Assembly: GCA_963839325.1 (NCBI GenBank)
Contig: CAWIUO010000007.1
Location: 6,302-70,301 of the forward strand
Reading direction: 5' to 3'
DNA from: an uncultured Acidobacteriota bacterium
GTDB taxonomy: Bacteria; Acidobacteriota; Terriglobia; Acidiferrales; UBA7541
Length of the DNA: 64,000 nucleotides
Under the pieces are notes generated by a model. The model was not told the origin of the DNA and did no database searches. It worked only from the letters and a program-made list of their open reading frames with translations. Positions 1-7,930 of the stretch are shown here, piece after piece (the stretch's first letter is position 1; every line of letters begins with the position of its first letter). The translations under genes and the position numbers were made by a program.

Positions 1-96
1 TAGTTGGTACAGCGTGTTCTGCAGGTTGGTTTGCGTTGTGTCGAGTTGGTTTTCCGCCACCAGCGACGGAATGTTATTCAGTACGCTAAGCGCCAT
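1..96 (-). CDS. fliC: flagellin, N-terminal 32 codons only (gene runs off the left edge)
   Basis: Too short for the ORF track. The reverse complement of 1-96 reads MALSVLNNIPSLVAENQLDTTQTNLQNTLYQL, which fits the conserved flagellin N-terminal helix pattern. An AAGGAG Shine-Dalgarno (105-110) lies 8 nt upstream of the ATG at 96. Confidence 0.65.
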   Translation of the reverse strand, partial: MALSVLNNIPSLVAENQLDTTQTNLQNTLYQL

Positions 97-223
97 GTGA
101 ATGGCTCCTTGAATCTACTGCGGTGTCCGTTTCGCGGCCGGAGCCTTTCTCACCGGCGGGTCATTCCCCTCGCGCCGAAGGCTTTTCGTCCACGGAACGG
201 ATTTTGATGATTGTTCTGGCACT

Positions 224-250
224 GAATCGGCAGAGGTTGGGCCGGGTTTA
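224..250 (-). promoter_or_regulatory. sigma-28 (FliA)-type promoter candidate for fliC
   Basis: The minus strand reads TAAA-N15-GCCGATTC, against the consensus TAAA-N15-GCCGATAA. It lies about 130 nt upstream of the fliC ATG, directly after the stop of the upstream GT2-TPR gene. Confidence 0.5.
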
Positions 251-270
251 ATCCGCGGGGCCGGGAAGTC

Positions 271-1641
271 CTACGCCGGCGCTTTTTCACCCAAACCCTG
301 CGTCGCCGAATTCAAGAGTGTTTCAATCTTGGACAGGTTTGCCCGCAGCGGTTCTGAATCGGGAAATTCCTCGATCCCTCGATTCAAGATTGCCGCCGCC
401 TGCGTCCAATTCTTCATCTGCGCTCGAATGCTCGCCGCCCGCACAAAATCTTGCGGCCGCGCCGCCACCGCCCCTAGCTTCCGTTCTGCTGCCACGGCCG
501 CCGCAGGCAGATTCTTCAGCCAGACTTCCACCGAGATCAACCGGTCGTACAAATCGGGATTCGTCGGCTCTTTCTCAATCGCTTGCCGGATCAATCGCAG
601 GCCCGCCCGTTCATTTCCCGATCGCGCCTCGGCTACTCCCATCTTGCTCTCCAGCGACGTTGACACCGCAACGCGCTTTAATCCCCGCCGGTAACACGTA
701 CCGGCCGCCTCAAAATCTCCCAGGTTGTAATACGTATCTCCTGTCATCTCCGCCGTCAGCGCCGTTGAATGCGCGAAGCGCTCCGCTCGCTGAAAACACT
801 CCAGCGCCTTCGGAAACTCGCCCAACCGGAAATGGCACACTCCCAGAAAAAACCACGCGACGCCGAATTTCGGATTAATTTTGCAGGACTCCTCAAACGA
901 GCGAAGCGCTTCCCGAATGTTTCCGAAATTTTCCAGCTCCGCTACGCCCAGCTCGAAATGCGCCTGCGCGTTCGTGGGCATGTCCGCCACTTTCAGTTTT
1001 CCGAGGTCCCGGTAGAACTTGATCTTTTGAGCGCGCTCGTGAGCGTCTCGCACGATCCCCATGTGGTGGATCAGCAACTTCGAGTCGCCGATCGTTCCGC
1101 CCGACTCCTGTATCCTCCACCCCACCGTTTCGTGAACCCTGCCCGTGAAATACACCGAAGGATCGCGCCGGAAAAGCCGCACGTTTTCGTGATCCACGAA
1201 TCCCGGAAATCCGCGCGCGGGTTCGTAGCTTCCGTCGTTCGGCGTGGCCGTCCGGTCCCAAACGGTCGTCGCCATGCTGGTCACCCAGTTGCGGATCTTC
1301 ACCTGATATCCCGCCGCGCGCTTGTTCGCCAGCAGCGCCGGCAGCAGTTCTTTCGCGCTCTCATCCAGCCGCTCGTCTGCATCCAGAATCAAAACCCAGT
1401 CTGACTGCACCCTCGCCAGCGCCATGTTTCGCGCCTTCGCAAAGTCGCTCTCCCACGGAATCGAAAACACCCGCGCGCCAAACTGCCGCGCCACTTCCGG
1501 CGAACCATCCCCCGATCCCGTATCCGCCACCACGATCTCGGCCACAATCCCGCGCACGCTCCCCAGGCAATACGCCAGGTCTGTCGCCCCATTCTTCACG
1601 ATCATCGATAGTGCGAGTGTCTCCATCGTCCCAATTCGCAA
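271..1641 (-). CDS. family-2 glycosyltransferase with C-terminal TPR repeats (candidate flagellin-modifying enzyme by position)
   Basis: 456-aa ORF. The N-terminus has the GT2 pattern (LSMIVKNGA..., VVADTGSGDGS, LILDADERL). The C-terminal half has TPR-like repeats (AHFELGVAELENFGNIREALRSFEES..., WFFLGVCHFRLGEFPKALECFQRA...). It is directly upstream of fliC on the same strand. The start could instead be METLAL at 1626. Confidence 0.8.
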   Translation of the reverse strand: MRIGTMETLALSMIVKNGATDLAYCLGSVRGIVAEIVVADTGSGDGSPEVARQFGARVFSIPWESDFAKARNMALARVQSDWVLILDADERLDESAKELLPALLANKRAAGYQVKIRNWVTSMATTVWDRTATPNDGSYEPARGFPGFVDHENVRLFRRDPSVYFTGRVHETVGWRIQESGGTIGDSKLLIHHMGIVRDAHERAQKIKFYRDLGKLKVADMPTNAQAHFELGVAELENFGNIREALRSFEESCKINPKFGVAWFFLGVCHFRLGEFPKALECFQRAERFAHSTALTAEMTGDTYYNLGDFEAAGTCYRRGLKRVAVSTSLESKMGVAEARSGNERAGLRLIRQAIEKEPTNPDLYDRLISVEVWLKNLPAAAVAAERKLGAVAARPQDFVRAASIRAQMKNWTQAAAILNRGIEEFPDSEPLRANLSKIETLLNSATQGLGEKAPA

Positions 1642-2103
1642 CCACGGCTACCCGCTCTATTCCTTTCCGCCGCGCACACAGCTCCCGGTGCAGTTATCGG
1701 CATCCGCACCTCCTCCTTCACCCATCATCGCCCCCGCTGACGCTCAAGATGCACGACCGACCTACCCTCACTCCGCTTCATCACAGGCACCCACCCCTTT
1801 TAGAGTGCGGCGGCGAGCCGCCGCTTTTGCCCACCCAACACTCCGCCCAGCACCGCCGCTGCCTCGCCACGCACCCAAACGCTCCCCACGAAGATCAACC
1901 GCCACCAGGTCTCGCGCACAACGACCTTCCCGGCTACAAGCCATCACGTTACGCTTTCCATCGTTCTCGAACTTCCCATCCCCAAGCCATCAGCCCCGTC
2001 ATCCAGAGGCCCGATTCATCGGGCCGAAGGATCTCTCCTCGCCTCTCATAGCAACGTCGCCAACGCCCCCAACGAATTCCCATTTTGGGAACATACTATT
2101 CTC

Positions 2104-2132
2104 TTTACATCATTATACCTTTGTGGTAACCT
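2104..2132 (+). promoter_or_regulatory. sigma-70-like extended -10 promoter module conserved inside repeat copy A
   Basis: TTTACA-N17-TAACCT, with TG one base upstream of the -10 hexamer. The same architecture with identical spacing occurs in copy B (TTTACA-N17-TAACGT). It reads toward flbD. Confidence 0.3.
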
Positions 2133-2241
2133 CAGTTCGGGACAAAGTATTAGCCCCACAGCAAGCGCACATGCCAAGCGGCCGCATCACTCACGCCGCC
2201 GGACGCACTCTCCCCGGCATCACGCCCTCTTCCGAACCCAA

Positions 2242-2271
2242 ATTTCTAATCGCGCTTTCGCGATTAGAAAT
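2242..2271. repeat. perfect palindromic hairpin ATTTCTAATCGCG-CTTT-CGCGATTAGAAAT within copy A
   Basis: 13-bp perfect stem and 4-nt loop, read directly from the sequence. A half-site, CATTTCTAATCG, follows at 2305-2316. Confidence 0.9.
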
Positions 2272-2650
2272 CCTCGCAACTCCAACAAAACAAACCACCG
2301 CGCCATTTCTAATCGACGCTAACCATGCATTTTTCGAGACCCAGAAATCGCCGTGGCCTATGGTCATTCGCGCCAACAACGCCGATCCACACGGTTCTCG
2401 CGGAGCGCGGAGGCGCGGCCCAACTCGCCGAACCACTGCCGGCCACTCGAGCCGCTCACACCAGCCGGTAGTCTCGTTCAACACAAAGCCCAGCATCGGC
2501 ACACTCGCCTATGAACTGTGGCGACTCATCCGCGTTAGCGAACGCACGGACGCGTTGCAACCCAAAACCTCACACACCCTCTATCGTCGCCAATCTCCGA
2601 ACCACCGTCTCGCATCGGCACTCCCGCGAAGCCCTCGTCCTCGAATCGCA

Positions 2651-2666
2651 TGGCCACGCTCTTGCA
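2651..2666 (+). promoter_or_regulatory. sigma-54-type promoter candidate for flbD-motA-motB
   Basis: TGGCCACGCTCTTGCA fits TGGC-N7-TTGCA (GG-N10-GC spacing). It lies about 45 nt upstream of the flbD ATG at 2710. Confidence 0.45.
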
Positions 2667-2709
2667 CACAATCTTCGCGCCCAACTCCGTCTCCATTAGC
2701 GAGCCTCTA

Positions 2710-2985
2710 ATGATCCATCTCACACGCCTCAACGATCGCCCCTTCGTCGTCAACGCCGATCTCATCAAGCTCATCGAAAACGCTCCGGACACCACAATCA
2801 CCCTCCTCAACGGCGAAAAACTCGTGGTCAAAGAATCCATTCACGAAATCCTCGCCCGCATCGAAGATTTTCATCAACGTTCCGCCCGCCGCGTCCACGC
2901 GCTCTCTATCGCGGCTCCAGCCGATAACGAAGTGCTCGCGGCCGAGCATTCGCACGCACACGCAGCGCAAGTGAAGGCCGGCTGA
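2710..2985 (+). CDS. flbD: flagellar protein FlbD
   Basis: MIHLTRLNDRPFVVNADLIKLIENAPDTTITLLNGEKLVVKESIHEILARIEDF matches the FlbD family pattern and sits directly upstream of motA. I chose the internal ATG at 2710 of ORF 2650..2985. Confidence 0.75.
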   Translation: MIHLTRLNDRPFVVNADLIKLIENAPDTTITLLNGEKLVVKESIHEILARIEDFHQRSARRVHALSIAAPADNEVLAAEHSHAHAAQVKAG

Positions 2986-2986
2986 A

Positions 2987-3820
2987 ATGTCCAACGGAAT
3001 CGACAAAGCCAGTATCCTCGGCCCGATCGTCGCTTGTGGCGGGATCATCGTCGGTCTTTCTCTCGAAGGTGGGCGCATCATGCAAATCATCCAGCCCACC
3101 GCCGCGTTGATCGTCTTCGGCGGCACGCTCGGCGCCGTTCTTCTTCAATTTCCGATGAGCGTCGTGCTGGCTGCCTTCGCCAGCCTGGCGAGCGTCTTCG
3201 TGCCTCGCACCGAAGACCCGGTTCAGGCCGTCCGCGAAATGGTCGGCTACGCTGTAAAAGCCCGCAAAGAAGGCATCATCTCGCTCGACCGCGACCTCGC
3301 CAAAGTCGGCGATTCGTTCCTGAGGAAATCCCTGATGCTCGCGGTTGACGGCACTGAACCCACCGAACTCCGCAAAATCATGGAACTGGAAATCGCCAAT
3401 CGGGCCGACCGCGATGAAAACGTTCCCCAGGTCTTCGAAGCCGCCGGCGGATTTTCTCCCACCGTGGGAATTATCGGCGCCGTCCTCGGTCTGATCCAAG
3501 TGATGCAGCACCTCGACAACATCAACGAAGTCGGCCGCGGCATCGCCGTCGCCTTCGTCGCCACGATCTACGGCGTGGCATCGGCGAATTTATTTTTCCT
3601 TCCCATTGCCGGAAAATTGAAAGGTCGCTGCAGGGAAGCGCAGCTCCGTCGCGAAATCGTCTTGGAAGGCGTCATATCGGTTCTCGAAGGGATGAACCCG
3701 CGCATGCTGGAAACCAAGCTGCTCAGCTTCATCGCCGAAGAGCGCGGCGGAAAGCTCGCTGTGAAAGAAGGCGCGGCAATCGGCGTCGGCGTGACCGCAA
3801 ACCGCGCGGTGTCGCGATGA
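2987..3820 (+). CDS. motA: flagellar motor stator protein MotA
   Basis: 277 aa with four TM segments and the C-terminal MotA/TolQ/ExbB channel region (GIAVAFVATIYGVASANLFFLPIAGKL). The stop overlaps the motB start. Confidence 0.9.
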   Translation: MSNGIDKASILGPIVACGGIIVGLSLEGGRIMQIIQPTAALIVFGGTLGAVLLQFPMSVVLAAFASLASVFVPRTEDPVQAVREMVGYAVKARKEGIISLDRDLAKVGDSFLRKSLMLAVDGTEPTELRKIMELEIANRADRDENVPQVFEAAGGFSPTVGIIGAVLGLIQVMQHLDNINEVGRGIAVAFVATIYGVASANLFFLPIAGKLKGRCREAQLRREIVLEGVISVLEGMNPRMLETKLLSFIAEERGGKLAVKEGAAIGVGVTANRAVSR

Positions 3821-4626
3821 AGGCCAGACGCCATCGCCCCCACGCCAACCACGAACGTTGGCTGGTTTCCTACGCCGACTTCATCACTTTGCTTTTTGCC
3901 TTCTTCGTTGTGATGTATTCCACTGCGCAGGTCGATCAACGCCGCGTCGGGAAACTCGCGAAAGCCATCCAGGCCGGATTTCAGCAGATGGGCGTGTTCG
4001 ATTCCTCCGCCTCTGCGCCTCCAATCCTGATCGGCCAGCCCATCTCTGCTACGCCTAGCCTTTCGCTCGAACATGCCGAACCGGCCGACAAACCCGACAT
4101 GGCCATTGTCCAGAAAAAACTCGAATCCGCTCTTGCCGATCAACTCGCAAGCGGCTTCGTCGCCGTCACTCCCACCAAAGAGGGAATTGTCGTCAGCCTG
4201 CGCGAAGCCGGATTTTTCGATAGTGGTTCGACGCGCCTTCGAGCGCAGGCGCTCCCGACCCTCGCCGAGTTCGTTAGCGTAATCGGCCCCGAACGTATGA
4301 AAGTCCGGATCGAAGGGCATACGGACAACGTCCCCATCCACAACCGCAAATTCGACTCGAACTGGGAGCTCTCCACAGCGCGCGCCACGGAGATCATCAA
4401 ACTGTTTATCACTCGTTTTGGAATTGATCCCGTCAGGCTCTCCGCTTCCGGCTATGGCGAGTATTACCCGGTCTCGCCGAATGACTCGGACGCCGATCGC
4501 GCCAAAAATCGCCGCGTTGATCTCGTCATTTTGAATGCGAATGCGACGCTACACCAACCCGTCGCAGATGCTGAAAAGGCCGGAACGAACAAAGCTGCGG
4601 GCGGCGCAGACGCGTCTCAACGGTGA
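3817..4626 (+). CDS. motB: flagellar motor stator protein MotB (OmpA-like peptidoglycan-binding C-terminus)
   Basis: N-terminal WLVSYADFITLLFAFFVVMY plug/TM with the conserved Asp. OmpA-like domain RIEGHTDNVP...NWELSTARA...NRRVDLVI. Confidence 0.9.
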   Translation: MKARRHRPHANHERWLVSYADFITLLFAFFVVMYSTAQVDQRRVGKLAKAIQAGFQQMGVFDSSASAPPILIGQPISATPSLSLEHAEPADKPDMAIVQKKLESALADQLASGFVAVTPTKEGIVVSLREAGFFDSGSTRLRAQALPTLAEFVSVIGPERMKVRIEGHTDNVPIHNRKFDSNWELSTARATEIIKLFITRFGIDPVRLSASGYGEYYPVSPNDSDADRAKNRRVDLVILNANATLHQPVADAEKAGTNKAAGGADASQR

Positions 4627-4656
4627 TTAACTTAAGGAATGAAGAACGCAGGAACG

Positions 4657-5523
4657 TCAGTTCGGCGCGAGCGTCATCGGATCGGCATGATCGCGCCCGC
4701 CGGCAGGTGCAAGCTTTCGAATGCTTTCCGCGCGGCATTCGGCCAATCGGTGAAACCATTCCAGGCCCGGCAGTTTCGCGATGGTTTCGTCGATCCGTTT
4801 GGCCACCGCTTCTCCGTCCGCGCCACGCAGAATGTAATCCAGGATCCAGTTCACTTCGGCGTCCGGCTTCACTCCGCCGCCTACCGGCAGCCAGAAATGC
4901 TTGATGATAAGCGTAGTCAGCCGCTGCGCGTTCGGATGATGCAACTCGATCTTCGCTTTGTTGTAGTAAAACGAAAAATGCCGCCGCTCGTCCTTTGCCA
5001 GGCGGTTCAGGACTTCGGCAAGAATCGGATTGCGCGTCCGCCGCGCCAGCACTCCATAGCCTTCCAGCGTCGAAAGTTCGGAGATCGCTCCATACGTCAA
5101 ATACGCGCCGTGAAAATGCCTCGAGAACTGGCACACCATCGACGCGCCCATATCCTTCAGCCACTCGGTCCAGGACGTCCCTTTTTGCACTTCAGCGATC
5201 CGGTTCTCCCCGAACTTGATTCCGCACGCCGAAAGAAATTGCCCAATCGTCCGCCCGTGAAAAAACTCTTCATAGGCCCAGCAGCTCAGAAACGCAGTGG
5301 TGTCCGGATCTTCGATCGCGCAGGTCGAAAGAATGCTCCGCAGGTACACCACGGTGTGCGACTCGATATCCATCATGTATGTCAGGCAGTGGATTTCGTC
5401 TTCGGTCAGCGGATACTGGGTCGCCCGCGACAAATCGATGTCGCTGATGTCCACTTTTTTCGAGTTTTTCAGATAACGTTCCAGATCGAACGTACCCACC
5501 ATTTGCGTAGCCATTCGAGCCAC
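4657..5523 (-). CDS. ferritin-like diiron-carboxylate protein (acyl-ACP-desaturase-like fold)
   Basis: 288 aa with two ExxH-type motifs (AYEEFFHGR and KDERRHFSFY), as in diiron oxygenases and desaturases. The exact family was not determined. Confidence 0.6.
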   Translation of the reverse strand: MARMATQMVGTFDLERYLKNSKKVDISDIDLSRATQYPLTEDEIHCLTYMMDIESHTVVYLRSILSTCAIEDPDTTAFLSCWAYEEFFHGRTIGQFLSACGIKFGENRIAEVQKGTSWTEWLKDMGASMVCQFSRHFHGAYLTYGAISELSTLEGYGVLARRTRNPILAEVLNRLAKDERRHFSFYYNKAKIELHHPNAQRLTTLIIKHFWLPVGGGVKPDAEVNWILDYILRGADGEAVAKRIDETIAKLPGLEWFHRLAECRAESIRKLAPAGGRDHADPMTLAPN

Positions 5524-5684
5524 CTTGGTTTAACTAATTATCGGCTGATTGAAGTACGCCGTAAGCGGGAGAACGGATTGGGAAGGAACCCGCGACTGTT
5601 GTCTATTACGCACCAGATTACTCCGCCGGAATCTTGGGCGCCGGAGGAGCATTACTTAGGAATAATTGTTCGGAAGGTTGGTGT

Positions 5685-6605
5685 CTAGTGGGGTTCCGGA
5701 GCTTGTTTCGGACGCGTATCGGGGGCATCCGCCTCGGACGCATCGGCGGGTTGCGGTTTTCCGCTCACTTGCGCCACAACTTTTGCAGCGAGGCCTTTGC
5801 TGATTGCGCAATTCGTGTCGTTGATGCGGCACTGAGCGAGGGTCAGCCCGCACCCGCAGTCGCAAGTCTCCGAATTCAGGCGTTTGAGCGTAACCGTTTT
5901 TTGTTCGGCAGTCAGTCCGGTGAAATCTACATCCGGCAACTCGGTCGCGCGATTCGCATTCTTCAGAAAGATTTGGCCGGTGTCCTCAAACGTCTGGATC
6001 GTCGCTTCCACCGGCAATCCCAGCAGCGCTCGAATCTCGCCCTCATATACCGAGCTGCGATACAGGCCGATATGCTTCTGAACGACTTTCCCGTCTTGAT
6101 TGATCACGAAAGTAGTCGGCAGCGCCGGCACGCCGCCATAGTCCGAAATAATCTGCCGCGTCGCCATAATCACCGGGTAATTGAACCGCTGCTCCACCGA
6201 GAATTTTTTCACTTCTTCCGCGGGATCGTCATCGAGCGAAACGCCCACGATGACCAGACGATCCTTGTAGAGATCCTTCAGCTGGATGAGCATCGGAATC
6301 TCCGCCCGGCATGGCGGACACCACGTCGCCCAGAAATTCAGCAGCACCACTTTGCCTTTCCACTCCGCGGTCGACACCGGAAGACCGTCGAGATCCGCGG
6401 CCAGAAACGGCGGTGCATCTTGAGGATTGCTGGCAAACCGGATGATGTGGGCTTGGTCGGAACCCGCGAAGGAGTTCGCGCTCGTTGCGCCAGAAGACTT
6501 CGCTCGCGAAAGGCGAGCCTTCCCCGGTCGTACTTTGGCAATGCCTATCGCCAGTCCCGCAAGAGCGAGAACCACGGCGAAAACAAAGATGAGCGAACGT
6601 CGCAT
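5685..6605 (-). CDS. TlpA/ResA-like membrane-anchored thioredoxin with an extra Cys-rich C-terminal domain
   Basis: N-terminal TM (LIFVFAVVLALAGLAIGIA), WATWCPPC active site, and a C-terminal ~100 aa containing CDCGCGLTLAQCRINDTNC. Confidence 0.8.
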   Translation of the reverse strand: MRRSLIFVFAVVLALAGLAIGIAKVRPGKARLSRAKSSGATSANSFAGSDQAHIIRFASNPQDAPPFLAADLDGLPVSTAEWKGKVVLLNFWATWCPPCRAEIPMLIQLKDLYKDRLVIVGVSLDDDPAEEVKKFSVEQRFNYPVIMATRQIISDYGGVPALPTTFVINQDGKVVQKHIGLYRSSVYEGEIRALLGLPVEATIQTFEDTGQIFLKNANRATELPDVDFTGLTAEQKTVTLKRLNSETCDCGCGLTLAQCRINDTNCAISKGLAAKVVAQVSGKPQPADASEADAPDTRPKQAPEPH

Positions 6606-7054
6606 TCAGTGAAGCTGGCCATGTCTATTATGCGCGAGCGCATTACGACGAACAAGCCGCGAAACACTTAATGTGCATTGCGCGAACCGAATCCTTCACG
6701 TCTGTATCTGCGTTCGCGAATTTCGAGCTTCATTCCATTCCGATTTGGAATCGGGGGTCTGTTCGAGTTCCGAAACGGTCCGCGCAAGCTGCCTATCCTC
6801 TGCGCGAATACCCGTAAGTCATTGAAAATGAAGGACGGCCAGCTCTCTCGCTTGCCCTCGTACTTGGGCATCCGGCTTGCACTAGCGACGGCGTGGGTCG
6901 CGTTCCAACGATCTGCTCCGTTTGCAAGTGGGGAGGAAGGGGCCTGCTTGTGGATGGTGTAGGTCGTTCCCACCTGCCTCTGAGAGGGAAGCTAGGATGG
7001 ATGACCCCATGGTCCGGTCACGCCTAGGCCGGGCCAAATGGAGCGCGACCTTTG

Positions 7055-7092
7055 GGGGCTCTTGATCCCAAGCAAGAGCCCCTTCCTTTTTT
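7055..7092 (+). terminator. rho-independent terminator-like hairpin
   Basis: GGGGCTCTTG-loop-CAAGAGCCCC followed by TTCCTTTTTT. No annotated plus-strand gene lies upstream of it. Confidence 0.5.
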
Positions 7093-7194
7093 CCTCTCGC
7101 TCCCGCACGCGCCTGCACTCGTTCTCGTTCGCGCCCCCTACTCCACTTCGCGCCTCTGTTCCATTGCGGTGCGTTTGTGTGATAGCTTGCCGCG

Positions 7195-7674
7195 ATGACA
7201 ACCCCTACTCTCGTGTTTCTGTTTGCGTTTCTCATCGGCGTTGTAGCCGGCCTTCGCGCTATGACGGCGCCTGCCGTCGTTTGCTGGGCTGCGCATCTCG
7301 GTTGGATCAATCTCAACGGTTCACATTTGGCGTGGATGGGTTCGATCATCGCTGTAGCGATTTTTACGCTCGCAGCGATCGGCGAGCTGGTCAACGACAA
7401 GCTGCCAAAGACTGGCCCCAGGACAGCTCCGCCGTCTGTCGTGATCCGCTGCGTAATGGGTGCGCTGTGCGGAGCTGCATTCGCGATCGCAGGAGCGCAC
7501 GGCTGGACCCTGGGTGCGGTGATCGGAATTGTCGGAGCTCTGGTGGGAACGTTCGGCGGTTATCAGGTGCGCCATCAGATAGTGACGGGCGCGAAGATCA
7601 AAGATCTGCCAATCGCGTTGATCGAGGATGTGATCGCAGTGGGTGGTGGATTCTTAATTGCTTCCCGCTTCTAG
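7195..7674 (+). CDS. DUF4126-like integral membrane protein
   Basis: 159 aa, four hydrophobic segments, Gly/Ala-rich. The N-terminal pattern LFAFLIGVVAGLRAMTAPA resembles DUF4126. Confidence 0.6.
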   Translation: MTTPTLVFLFAFLIGVVAGLRAMTAPAVVCWAAHLGWINLNGSHLAWMGSIIAVAIFTLAAIGELVNDKLPKTGPRTAPPSVVIRCVMGALCGAAFAIAGAHGWTLGAVIGIVGALVGTFGGYQVRHQIVTGAKIKDLPIALIEDVIAVGGGFLIASRF

Positions 7675-7896
7675 CCTACGAACGACCGGAATTCGGGCGC
7701 TGCGCAGCACGCTTTCTACCACGGAGTCGCGAAGTCGCGACGCGTCGTAGTCTAGATGCAAGTGATTCGTCTTTTCGTCGAGACGGAAGCTGTGGATGCC
7801 GTACGTGTTGGCGAACTGGCCGAGCGCGCGGAACTGCTCAGGCGTGAGGCGCTGCTGCAGTTCGTAGGAAGCGGTCATCAGTGTCATGCGCAGCAT
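7654..7896 (-). CDS. small hypothetical protein (80 aa)
   Basis: Balanced amino-acid composition and no recognisable family. It is convergent with the DUF4126 gene and overlaps it by 21 nt. Confidence 0.35.
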   Translation of the reverse strand: MLRMTLMTASYELQQRLTPEQFRALGQFANTYGIHSFRLDEKTNHLHLDYDASRLRDSVVESVLRSARIPVVRRLEAGSN

Positions 7897-7930
7897 TATA
7901 GCAAAGGAAGCCTGGGCACGAGCGGCGTCG

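Larger units (their letters stand above)
2074..2324 (+). repeat. dispersed repeat element, copy A (hairpin-bearing, REP/MITE-like or structured-RNA-like)
   Basis: Aligns by eye with the reverse complement of 11661-11929. Shared blocks are GATTCCCATTTTGG, CTATTCTCTTTACA-N17-TAAC, ATGCCAAGCGGCCGC, GCCGCCGGACGC, the ATTTCTAATCGCG/CGCGATTAGAAAT hairpin and CATTTCTAATCG. It lies in an ORF-free gap. Confidence 0.75.

Noticed and set aside
1322-2710. 462-aa plus-strand ORF, the longest uncharacterised ORF near the left end
   Set aside because: It is extremely Pro/Ser/Arg/Ala-rich with no motif. Its first 320 nt are antisense to the well-supported GT2-TPR gene, and the rest runs through the C-rich non-coding gap and the repeat element. 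It is a typical high-GC shadow ORF.
2987-4626. Possibility that MotA/MotB are ZorA/ZorB of a Zorya-type defence system
   Set aside because: MotA is of normal stator length with no long ZorA-type C-terminal tail. FlbD precedes it, flagellin lies 2.6 kb away, and no ZorC/D/E-like genes follow.
4639-6671. Two long plus-strand ORFs (4639..5688, 349 aa; 5634..6671, 345 aa)
   Set aside because: They are antisense to the diiron protein and the TlpA-like gene, both of which have clear family motifs. The composition is Arg-rich and low-complexity.
6606-7194. RNase P RNA, tmRNA, SRP RNA or a riboswitch in the long intergenic region
   Set aside because: The conserved cores (GAGGAAAGUCCGGGC, the tmRNA acceptor/tag, the GGAAGCAGCC SRP motif, the B12 box) were not found on either strand. 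The interval is retained only as an unexplained region with a terminator.
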